Assembly (NCBI GenBank): GCA_043781235.1
Contig: JAYWBT010000174.1
Span: 113 to 64,112 of the forward strand
DNA from: Deltaproteobacteria bacterium
GTDB lineage: Bacteria > Myxococcota > Myxococcia > Myxococcales > 40CM-4-68-19
DNA length: 64,000 nt
Direction: 5' to 3'
Both the position numbers and the translations under genes were made by a program. This document shows, piece after piece, positions 1-9,363 of this stretch (position 1 is the stretch's first letter; the number at the start of each line of letters is the position of its first letter). The notes below the pieces were generated by a model that was given only the letters and a program-made list of their open reading frames with translations, made no database searches and was not told the origin of the DNA.

Positions 1-2
1 GC

Positions 3-167
3 ACCCGCCTGGTCAAGGCGCGCGCGCGGCTCAACTTCGCGCTCGACCGCATGGACGAGGCCGAGCGCCGCGAATGGGACGCCCTGCAGGCGAGCGCGCG
101 CGCCGAGACGCACGGCCAGCTGGCCGACGATCCGCTCTTCCAGAAACCTCCTGGTGAAGGGACCTAG
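3..167 (+). CDS. 3' end of a CDS entering from the left edge (unknown product)
   Basis: Open frame 3 with GC3-rich codons (TRLVKARARLNFALDRMDEAERREWDALQ...PPGEGT), TAG at 165-167, overlapping the next start. Confidence 0.6.
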   Translation, partial: TRLVKARARLNFALDRMDEAERREWDALQASARAETHGQLADDPLFQKPPGEGT

Positions 168-834
168 AGCGCTGCGGCTCGCGATCCTGTGCGGCGTGCT
201 GCTCGCGCTCTGGATCGCGGTGCGGCAGCTGCCGGTCCTGCGCTGGGTGGTGCTGGGCGCGGAGCTCGCGCACCGGTCGGGAATCGAGGGCGCGCTGCTC
301 GCGGCGGCCGGCATCTATCTGCTCACGCTGCTCTTCCTGCCCATCGTCCCGCTGACGCTCGCCGCGGGCTGGGTGTACGGCTGGTGGGGCGCGCCGATCG
401 CCCTGCTGCCGGCGGTCGCGAGCGCGGCCACCGCGTTCTCGATCGCGCGCTTCTTCGGACGCACCGCCGCCGCGCAGGCGCTGCTCGACCGGCCGCGAAC
501 GCGCGCGCTCGCCGAGCTCGCCGCGCAAGGGGGCGTGCTGACGGTGATCCTGCTCCGCGTCTCGCCGGTGCTGCCGTACACGCCGAGCAACGCGGTGCTG
601 GGGCTGACAGGCATGCGGCTGCGCGACCTGGTGATCGGCACGGCCGTGGGCATGGCGCCCGGGACCCTGCTCTACGTCTGGGCCGGATCGCTACTGCCGA
701 GCGCCGAGTCGATCGGGCGCGGCGAGGGACTCCGCGGCGGCCTTGTCTGGGTGCTGCTCGCTCTTGGCGCGTTGGCCGCGGCGTTCCTGGGCGCGGCGGC
801 GGCGCGCAAGCTGCGCTCGCTGCCGAAGCGCTGA
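154..834 (+). CDS. TVP38/TMEM64 (DedA/VTT, SNARE-associated) family membrane protein
   Basis: Multiple TM helices; motifs LPIVPLTLAAGWVYGWWG and LLRVSPVLPYTPSNAVLGLT. Confidence 0.85.
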   Translation: MKGPRALRLAILCGVLLALWIAVRQLPVLRWVVLGAELAHRSGIEGALLAAAGIYLLTLLFLPIVPLTLAAGWVYGWWGAPIALLPAVASAATAFSIARFFGRTAAAQALLDRPRTRALAELAAQGGVLTVILLRVSPVLPYTPSNAVLGLTGMRLRDLVIGTAVGMAPGTLLYVWAGSLLPSAESIGRGEGLRGGLVWVLLALGALAAAFLGAAAARKLRSLPKR

Positions 835-1053
835 CTCGCGCAGCTCGCGGGCGAGGAGCAGGCTGTCGACCATGTCGGCCACCAGCAAGAGGACCGCGTC
901 GGGCGTCGGCCCGTCCACGATGGGCGTGTCGCCCTCGCCGAAAACGAAGCGACCGCACACCGACCCGCCGGCGTTGCGGAAAAAAAGAACGGGGATCCGG
1001 CGGCCTCCGGCTTGGAGGTGGCGGACTGCGATGGGCTCGTCGTCGTTGGTCAC
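691..1053 (-). CDS. small hypothetical protein
   Basis: Protein-like beta/alpha pattern in the first ~72 aa (RIPVLFFRNAGGSVCGRFVFGEGDTPIVDG) filling an otherwise empty gap; the C-terminal tail overlaps the convergent gene. Confidence 0.55.
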   Translation of the reverse strand: MTNDDEPIAVRHLQAGGRRIPVLFFRNAGGSVCGRFVFGEGDTPIVDGPTPDAVLLLVADMVDSLLLARELRESALRQRAQLARRRRAQERRGQRAKSEQHPDKAAAESLAAPDRLGARQ

Positions 1054-1296
1054 GGTCTCTAGCGCTTCGCAAGTTCGGGGCCATCCGGACGGCTCGCGTT
1101 CGAGCCCGATCGGCCCGATCTCTGGCCAGGGCGGATTTCGCCGCGGTTGCCTCTGAACCCGGCCGCGTGGGCCGCGTCGCGCTAGCGATCGGGCTCACTT
1201 TCAAGCCACTCCGCTTGCGCAAACGCCGGCTCAATCGCTGGCCCAGGGCTCGAAATCCGGCCACCTTTCCTCGGGAACGCAGAGATCGCATCGCGC

Positions 1297-1311
1297 TGGC
1301 ACCAGCATTGC
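1297..1311 (+). promoter_or_regulatory. sigma54 (RpoN) -24/-12 promoter
   Basis: TGGCACCAGCATTGC matches TGGCAC-N5-TTGC with exact GG-N10-GC spacing, directly upstream of the radical SAM gene. Confidence 0.8.
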
Positions 1312-1326
1312 GTAGAGGATGTGCGA

Positions 1327-2676
1327 ATGGAGCTTTCGCGATTCGTTCTCACGTACAAGGATGCCCGGGCCGGCGAGCACGTCCTCTACAGCGTGATCGA
1401 GGACCGCTACCTGGGCGTGGACGACGCCACGCTGGCCGCGGTCGAGCGGTGGAAGACCACGGGCGACGACCCGCGGGACGGTGCCGAGCAGGAGGCGCAG
1501 GAGGTCCTGCTCGAGGAAGGCTTCCTGGTCAAAGACCGCGCCGCCGACGACGAGCGCCTGCGCGGCTATCTGGACAAGGCGAGCGAGGGCGTGCCGGGCG
1601 CGATGTTCGTGACGCTGATGCCGACGCTCGCCTGCAACCTCGCGTGCACGTACTGCTTCCAGAAGGATCACCCGGGCGTGGCCAAGATGCCGCCGCCGGT
1701 CGAGGACGCCACGCTCGAGTGGATCCTGCGGCGCGTGGACGAACGCGGGCTGCGCCACCTCAGCATCCACTACTTCGGCGGCGAGCCGCTCACGCGCAAG
1801 GACTTCTGCCTGCGCACGGCCGAGGTGCTCTCCGCCTCGATGGCCGCGCGTGGCGGCACCTTCTCCTGGCAGATGACCACCAACGCCATCGGCCTCACCG
1901 TGGAGTTCGCCACCGCGATGAAGAAGTTCGGTGACGGCGTCTTCAAGGTCACGCTCGACGGCGACAAGGAGACGCACGACAAGATGCGCGTCTGGCGTAG
2001 CGGGCGCGGCACCTTCGACGAGATCTTTGCCAACGTGCTGGCGGTGGCGCCACACGCGCGGATACGCGTGGGCGGTAACTTCCTGCCCGACCAGGCGGCG
2101 TCGTTCGAGAGATTGCTTGAACGCCTCAACGCCGCCGGGGTGCCGCTTGACAGCGTGCACTTCAAGCCGATCGTCGACACGCAGCACCGCGAGCAGGGCA
2201 CCTGCACGAGCTGCAGTGACAAGGCCGAGACGCAGACCTTCGTGCAGCTGAACAAGGCAACCGAGCGCCGCAAGCTGCCGACACGCGCGGACGCGGCACC
2301 CGGGTCGCTCGAGTCCCTGCTCGGTCCCTGCGAGCTGCACTGGAAGAACAACTACACCATCGATCCCGAGGGCAAGGTCTACAAGTGCCCCGCGGTCGCG
2401 GGCCTGCCCGGGCTCGAGGTGGCGAAGGTCACCGCGGGCGACGCGGCCGAGAAGGTGGCGCCGCTCCTCGTGCTGCGGCCGTGGGAGCAGTGCGGCGACT
2501 GCGCCTTCATGCCCGTCTGCGTCGGCGGCTGCCTCGGCGGCAAGTTCCTGCAGACCGGCCGCAGCGATCAGGTGAGCTGCAAGAAGGATCTGTTCGAGCA
2601 GAGTTTCCGCGAGAGCACCCTCCAGCGCTTCCTCGCGGAGTTTCCTGAAGACGAAGGGCTGGACCACGCGGCCTGA
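1327..2676 (+). CDS. radical SAM/SPASM domain protein, probable RiPP maturase
   Basis: CNLACTYC (CX3CX2C), YFGGEP, 7-Cys SPASM motif C-X13-G-X4-C...CX2CX5CX3C...C, and an RRE-like N-terminal extension; start is ATG 1327 or GTG 1321. Confidence 0.92.
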   Translation: MELSRFVLTYKDARAGEHVLYSVIEDRYLGVDDATLAAVERWKTTGDDPRDGAEQEAQEVLLEEGFLVKDRAADDERLRGYLDKASEGVPGAMFVTLMPTLACNLACTYCFQKDHPGVAKMPPPVEDATLEWILRRVDERGLRHLSIHYFGGEPLTRKDFCLRTAEVLSASMAARGGTFSWQMTTNAIGLTVEFATAMKKFGDGVFKVTLDGDKETHDKMRVWRSGRGTFDEIFANVLAVAPHARIRVGGNFLPDQAASFERLLERLNAAGVPLDSVHFKPIVDTQHREQGTCTSCSDKAETQTFVQLNKATERRKLPTRADAAPGSLESLLGPCELHWKNNYTIDPEGKVYKCPAVAGLPGLEVAKVTAGDAAEKVAPLLVLRPWEQCGDCAFMPVCVGGCLGGKFLQTGRSDQVSCKKDLFEQSFRESTLQRFLAEFPEDEGLDHAA

Positions 2677-2708
2677 ACAAGGCCGCATAAACCATACGGA
2701 GAGACCCG

Positions 2709-2783
2709 ATGAAGATCAAGCGAAGCATTCGGAAGTCATCGCGCAAGATGCTGCCCTGCAGCTGGTTCTGCGACAATCCTTGA
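2709..2783 (+). CDS. 24-aa putative RiPP precursor peptide MKIKRSIRKSSRKMLPCSWFCDNP
   Basis: Read by hand (absent from the ORF track): SD GGAGAG at 2698-2703, ATG 2709, TGA 2781-2783; basic leader plus Cys/aromatic core; 32 nt after the rSAM stop. Confidence 0.8.
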   Translation: MKIKRSIRKSSRKMLPCSWFCDNP

Positions 2784-2815
2784 CGCCGGGAACCGCGTAG
2801 AGGATTTCAAGGCCC

Positions 2816-4078
2816 GTGCGCTGGCCCCTCGCCTTGGCAGTCCTCGCCGCCTGTGGGGGCCATCGCTCGACCCCTCCGTTCTCGCTACGGATTGCTCTGG
2901 CAGGGCCGCTTCTGCCGATCACTTCCGAGGCACGTGAGAGGCCAACCAGCTCGGTCGCGCAGACCTGGGTGTTCGAGCCGCTCGCGTTGTTCGACGAGCG
3001 GGGGGCATTGGTCCCCAAACTGGCGGCGCAGGTCGAGCGCATCAGCCGCCGCAAGCTCCGTGTCCGGCTACGGCCGGAGCTCTTCAGCGATGGTGCGCCA
3101 CTGACCGAAGCCGACGTCATCCGGAGTCTGGCGCTGCACCATCTGCGCGCCTTGCACGTGGGCGACGCGCTGGAGATCGACGCGGACGACAACGTGACGC
3201 CGGTCGATCTGCTGCTGGTGCGGACGCTGATCGCCCGCCCCACCCCGGGCGGCGAAGTGGGAACGGGACCTTTCTCGGTCACCTCGCAGAGTGCTGAGCA
3301 GATCGTGCTCGCCCGACGCACGCCGCGCGAAGGCTTCATCAACGAGGTCGTGCTGCGCGCTTTCGCCACCGAGCGCGAAGCCTTCGTGCGCACGCTGCGC
3401 GGAGACGCCGACCTCTTGCGCTTGCCCGAGCCCCGCGATCTAGAGTTCTTCGACGGCGTCCCGCGGCTACGGGTGATCCGCGCACCGGGACCGGCGGTGC
3501 ACGCAGTGGCGTTCAACCCGCGCCGGCTTGGGCGCGAGGAGCGCTCCGCGCTGGTGCGCGCCCTGCGGCCAGACTCGATCAGCAGCGTCGCTTATGGCGC
3601 GGCCTGCGTTCCGGTGCTTTCGCGCGCCACCGGAGCTCCTCCGCCGCCCGGTCGCCGGCTCGACATCCTCGTGCCGCGAGAGATCGACGACAAGCTTGCC
3701 TTGGCGGTGCGGCGGGCCCTGGGCGGTCGCGGCGGCGAGGTGCGCGCGCTCGATCTGGGGGCGTACTTCGATGCGCTCAAGGCCGGCGACTTCGACCTGG
3801 CAATCGCGCGTCCGCTGATCTGGCCGCCGTCGGCCGCGGCGCTGAGCTGGAGGTCAGCCGCGCCCACCAACTATGTCGGATATTCGAATCCACGCGTGGA
3901 CGCCGCGCTCGACGAGGCCGACTGGGACGGCGCGCAGCGCGAGCTCGACGCCGATCCTCCCGCCGCCTTCTTCTGCACCCAGGAGCGCCTGGCGGTGGTG
4001 GACGCGCGCGTGCGCGACGCACGCCTCGGGCCGTACGACTTCTTTGAGACGCTGCCCGAGTGGCAGGTATCGCCATGA
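2816..4078 (+). CDS. family 5-like (peptide/nickel) extracellular solute-binding lipoprotein
   Basis: Lipobox LAAC; VFEPL...G.LVP.LA, FSDGAPLTEADV, GTGPF and YSNPRVDAALD motifs typical of OppA/DppA-like proteins. Confidence 0.8.
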   Translation: MRWPLALAVLAACGGHRSTPPFSLRIALAGPLLPITSEARERPTSSVAQTWVFEPLALFDERGALVPKLAAQVERISRRKLRVRLRPELFSDGAPLTEADVIRSLALHHLRALHVGDALEIDADDNVTPVDLLLVRTLIARPTPGGEVGTGPFSVTSQSAEQIVLARRTPREGFINEVVLRAFATEREAFVRTLRGDADLLRLPEPRDLEFFDGVPRLRVIRAPGPAVHAVAFNPRRLGREERSALVRALRPDSISSVAYGAACVPVLSRATGAPPPPGRRLDILVPREIDDKLALAVRRALGGRGGEVRALDLGAYFDALKAGDFDLAIARPLIWPPSAAALSWRSAAPTNYVGYSNPRVDAALDEADWDGAQRELDADPPAAFFCTQERLAVVDARVRDARLGPYDFFETLPEWQVSP

Positions 4079-5646
4079 AGCGCCGCGACCTCTCGGTTCG
4101 GCTCTCACTGCTGGTCGCGTTCTCGGGCCTGCTGCCCATCGCGCTGGTCGGCGTCGCCTCGATCGAGATCCTCCGCCGCCGCAGCGAGGCGGCGTCGCTC
4201 GAGGCGCTGCACGCGGTCGCGGAGCAGGCCGCCGCGCGCATCGGCGACTACGTCGAGCAGCAGCGCGAGACGCTGCGCACGGTCGCCGCCGCGGTCGGCG
4301 ACGAGCCCGATGCCGCGCGCCGCCTCGAGGAGGTGCCGCTCGACGCGCCCGCGCTCGGCCACGTCGCCATCGTCGATGCCGACACGGCCGCAGCAGCCCT
4401 GCCGCCGGCCATCACCCGGGAGCAGCTCGCGCAGGCGCTCGCGGGCCACGAGGTCGCCTCGCCCACCTACCTGTCCGGTCTCTCGCCGGCGATGGACGTG
4501 TGCGTTCCCGCCGTGCGCCGGCCCGGTCGCACGGTGTGCGCGACGCTGGACCTGCTCGAATTGCAGCGGCAGGTGCAGCGCATCCGCGTCGGCGAGTCCG
4601 GGTATGCCCTGGCCTTCGACTCCAGCGGCCGGCTGATCGCGGCGGGCGCCGGCACCCTGCGCGCCGCGGTGCTCGACGGCGAGCGCGTGCCTGAAGCCGA
4701 CGCCGCGCTCGACCTGTCGCAGGGCCGGCCCGCGCGCACCCAGGTCGGCGATCGCGTCGCGGGCTGGGCGTTTCTCAAGTCGCTCGGCTGGAGCATCGCC
4801 GTCGAGCAGTCGTCACAGGAGGCGCTGCGCGCGGCGCACACGGCGCAGTTCGCGCTCGCGCTGGTGGCGATGCTGGCGCTCGCGGCCTCGATCGCGCTCG
4901 GCGCGGCGCAGGCGCGGCGAATGCTGACCACGCTCGAGATCGAGGAGCGCTGGCGCACCGCCGGGCAGATCGCGAGCGGCATCAGCCACGATCTCGGCCA
5001 CCGGCTCGCCATCCTCCAGCAGACCGCGGCGCTTGCCGAAGACGGCGACGCGAGCTACCTCCCGCTGATCCGCGACAACCTGCGCAGCGAGGTCTCGACC
5101 CTGCGCAAGTTCGTCAGCGACTTCGCCGACCTCACGCGGGAGGTAAAGCCCGGCGATCTGCTCCCGCTCGAGCTGGGCGGCTTCGCCGACAGCGTCGGCC
5201 GCACCGCGCAGCCGCACGCCGCGCGGCACGGCATTCACCTCGAGGTGGAGAAGGCGGCGGACGAGATCTGGGTGCTTGCCGACCGCTACCTGCTCGAGCG
5301 CGCGACGCTGAACCTCGCCTACAACGCCATCGAGGCGTCGCCGGGCGGCGCGGTGGTGCGGCTCTCCGTGGAACGCACCGACGGGCCGGAGCCGCAGGCG
5401 CTGCTGCGGGTCGCGGATCGCGGCGGCGGCATTGCTCCCGACCGGCTCGCGCGCCTCTTCGACGCCTTCTCCTCCACCAAGCGGACCGGCGCGCACGTCG
5501 GAATGGGGCTGCCCAACGTCCGCCGGATCGCGCGCGCGCACGGCGGCGAGGTCTCGGTGCTGAGCGTGCCCGGCGTCGGCAGCGACTTCACCCTGGCACT
5601 TCCGATCGCGAAGCCGGGACCGGGGATGACCCCGGCAGCGCCGTGA
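4075..5646 (+). CDS. membrane sensor histidine kinase with Cache-like periplasmic domain
   Basis: TM-Cache(GESGYA)-TM layout; H box SHDLGH, N box NLAYNAIEA, G1 DRGGGI, F box LFDAFSSTK, G2 GMGL; ATGA overlap with the upstream gene. Confidence 0.92.
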   Translation: MKRRDLSVRLSLLVAFSGLLPIALVGVASIEILRRRSEAASLEALHAVAEQAAARIGDYVEQQRETLRTVAAAVGDEPDAARRLEEVPLDAPALGHVAIVDADTAAAALPPAITREQLAQALAGHEVASPTYLSGLSPAMDVCVPAVRRPGRTVCATLDLLELQRQVQRIRVGESGYALAFDSSGRLIAAGAGTLRAAVLDGERVPEADAALDLSQGRPARTQVGDRVAGWAFLKSLGWSIAVEQSSQEALRAAHTAQFALALVAMLALAASIALGAAQARRMLTTLEIEERWRTAGQIASGISHDLGHRLAILQQTAALAEDGDASYLPLIRDNLRSEVSTLRKFVSDFADLTREVKPGDLLPLELGGFADSVGRTAQPHAARHGIHLEVEKAADEIWVLADRYLLERATLNLAYNAIEASPGGAVVRLSVERTDGPEPQALLRVADRGGGIAPDRLARLFDAFSSTKRTGAHVGMGLPNVRRIARAHGGEVSVLSVPGVGSDFTLALPIAKPGPGMTPAAP

Positions 5647-5656
5647 GCGCCGCGCC

Positions 5657-7030
<1,374 letters not shown>

Positions 7031-7039
7031 GCCGCGACT

Positions 7040-7633
7040 CTACCTCAAACTTCGCCTTGCCCAGTGGACGATGCGGATAGCGAAGAGGAGGACCAGGATC
7101 GAGGCGTAGATGCTGGTCTCGGTGTTGAGGGTCTTGAAGCGCCAGGTGAAGTGGACGAGCGCGCTCACGCCCGCGACGTAGACGAGGCGGTGCAGGCGCT
7201 TCCACTTCCGGAAGCCCAGGCGCTTCTGAAAGCCTTGCGTCGAAGTGACTGCGAGCGGCAGCAGCAGCACCCAGGTCGCCATCCCGACGGTGATGAACTT
7301 GCGCTTGACGAGATCCTTGCCGATCTCCGCCCAATCAAAGAACTGGTCGACGCCGACGTACGTCGACAGGTGCAGGCACGCATAGAAGAACGCGTAGTCG
7401 CCGAACAGCTTGCGCAGCAGCAGCGGCCACTTCCACTTGAAGACGATCTGCGCGGGCGTGCACGCGAGCGACAAGAGCAGCATGGAGAAAGCGTAGAAGC
7501 CGAGCCGGTTCTCCAGCTCCGAGATGGGGTTGGCGCCGAGGTCGTTGCGCAGGTACCGGCTTCCAAGCCACGCGAGCGGCAGCAGGCAGGCAACGAACGC
7601 CGCCGGGACGAGCACCCTTCGCGGGAGCGTCAG
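7040..7633 (-). CDS. msrQ: methionine sulfoxide reductase heme-binding subunit
   Basis: Ferric-reductase-like TM domain ([21 protein letters not shown]), downstream of msrP; start is GTG 7615 or CTG 7633. Confidence 0.92.
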   Translation of the reverse strand: MTLPRRVLVPAAFVACLLPLAWLGSRYLRNDLGANPISELENRLGFYAFSMLLLSLACTPAQIVFKWKWPLLLRKLFGDYAFFYACLHLSTYVGVDQFFDWAEIGKDLVKRKFITVGMATWVLLLPLAVTSTQGFQKRLGFRKWKRLHRLVYVAGVSALVHFTWRFKTLNTETSIYASILVLLFAIRIVHWARRSLR

Positions 7634-8565
7634 AAAAACTTCTTCAGATCCATGCCGGCGTACATCGACGCAACCTGATCGCCGTAGCCGTTGAACGGCG
7701 GCGTCTTGCGCTTGAGGAACTCACCGATGCGCCGCTCGTGAGCCTGGCTCCAGCGGGGGTGGTCCACGTCCGGGTTCACGTTGGCGTAAAAGCCGTACTC
7801 GGTGCCGCCGCCATATTGCGACCAGGTGGTGGGCGGCTGCGTTTCCTGGAATTTGATCTTCACGATCGACTTGATGCCCTTGAACCCGTACTTCCACGGC
7901 GTCACCAGGCGGATGGGCGCGCCGTCCTGTTTGGGCATGGCCTCGCCGTAGATACCGACCGCGAGCAGCGTGAGCGGGTTCATTGCTTCATCGATGCGAA
8001 GACCTTCGAGATAGGGAAAGCCGATGCCGGAGAAGCCTTTTACGCCGGGCATGTTCTCCGGCTGCACCGCGCTCTCGAAGGCGAGGTACTTCGCCCGGCT
8101 GGTCGGCTCGAGTTTGTTGATCAGGTCGCCGAGCGGAAAGCCGTCCCAGGGGATGACCATCGACCACGCCTCGACGCACCTCATGCGGTAGACGCGCTCT
8201 TCGATGGGGAACATCTTCAGCAGCTCGTCGAGGTCGTACTTGCGCGGCTTCTTGACTTCGCCCTCGACCGAGATCGACCACGGCCTGGTTGCGAGCTTGT
8301 GCGCATTGGCGGCCGGGTCGTCCTTGTCGGTGCCGAACTCGTAGAAGTTGTTGTAGCTGGTGATGTCTTCGAACGAGGTCTTCTTCTCGCTGGTATCGTA
8401 CTTCGACATCGCCTTCACGCCGACGAGCTTTTCGGAATGCTCAGCGCCCTTGGCCCTGGCGGCGGCCCCGCGCGCGAGCAACCCGACCGTGCCCAAAGCT
8501 CCCAGCGCGCCAAGCTCCAGGAACCGGCGGCGCTGCAGATAGAGATGCTTCGGCGTGACCCTCAT
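7630..8565 (-). CDS. msrP: periplasmic methionine sulfoxide reductase catalytic (Mo) subunit
   Basis: Tat signal RRRFL; [45 protein letters not shown]. Confidence 0.96.
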   Translation of the reverse strand: MRVTPKHLYLQRRRFLELGALGALGTVGLLARGAAARAKGAEHSEKLVGVKAMSKYDTSEKKTSFEDITSYNNFYEFGTDKDDPAANAHKLATRPWSISVEGEVKKPRKYDLDELLKMFPIEERVYRMRCVEAWSMVIPWDGFPLGDLINKLEPTSRAKYLAFESAVQPENMPGVKGFSGIGFPYLEGLRIDEAMNPLTLLAVGIYGEAMPKQDGAPIRLVTPWKYGFKGIKSIVKIKFQETQPPTTWSQYGGGTEYGFYANVNPDVDHPRWSQAHERRIGEFLKRKTPPFNGYGDQVASMYAGMDLKKFF

Positions 8566-8616
8566 GCGTACCTCCCTCCGTCTACCTACGCGGGAGCCGC
8601 AAAATCGGTTTCGCTT

Positions 8617-9240
8617 TCAGCCTTCGGCGGACTCCGCCTTGCGGACGATCGGCGGCACCGCAACGGCCTTCGGCGGCGCCTCCTGCACCGGCGCAGCCAG
8701 GCCCTTGCGGCGCGCGTTCCAGCGCCCGCGCGCCTGCAGCTGCTCGTCGGGAGAGAGCTCGGCGCGGTGCTGATCGCAGATGAAGCCGGCGCGCGGCCCG
8801 CGCGAGCGGTTGAGGCAGCCGTCCACCCGGCAGCTCATGTCGAGCGTGCGCGGCGCGCGCGGCTGCCTGGTCGGCAGCCGGACGATGCGCTGGGCCGGCA
8901 CCTGGGTCGGCAGCTTGCCCTCGGCGGCGAGCCGGCGGTTGCGCTCGAGAATGCCCTTCTGCTCGGTGGTCGAGAGCTTCCGGGCGTGGTCGCGGCAGAA
9001 CCAGCGATTGCGCGGACCCGCGCCGGGCTTGCCGCAGCCCGGGACCGGACAGAGCCTTCCCGAGCGCCGGCCGTCAGCCTTGCCCGATGAGGCGCGCGCG
9101 GGCGGGGCGCCACCCAGCTGGATGCGGGCCAGCATTGCGCTCACCCGCGCTTCGACCTGCTGCTGAATCGCGGCGCTGAGCTCGCTCGTGAAGCGCTCGA
9201 CGAGCGCACGGAACGGGACTTCATTGTTTCGTTTAGCCAT
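8617..9240 (-). CDS. basic protein with two C-X4-C...C-X2-H putative Zn fingers (resembles myxobacterial vegetative-protein-like family)
   Basis: CPVPGC...FCRDH and CRVDGC...ICDQH repeats; Arg-rich; N-terminal helix. Confidence 0.7.
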   Translation of the reverse strand: MAKRNNEVPFRALVERFTSELSAAIQQQVEARVSAMLARIQLGGAPPARASSGKADGRRSGRLCPVPGCGKPGAGPRNRWFCRDHARKLSTTEQKGILERNRRLAAEGKLPTQVPAQRIVRLPTRQPRAPRTLDMSCRVDGCLNRSRGPRAGFICDQHRAELSPDEQLQARGRWNARRKGLAAPVQEAPPKAVAVPPIVRKAESAEG

Positions 9241-9363
9241 GGTTTCGGAGTTGCCTTTTGTTTTGTTGGATTTGCTCGAGCTGAATCGAAGGGGCGTTCG
9301 CGAGCGCTGTTTGACTTACTTCGTGTCCACGCGAAAGGCGAGCGAAAATGGAGCGGTCGTTAT

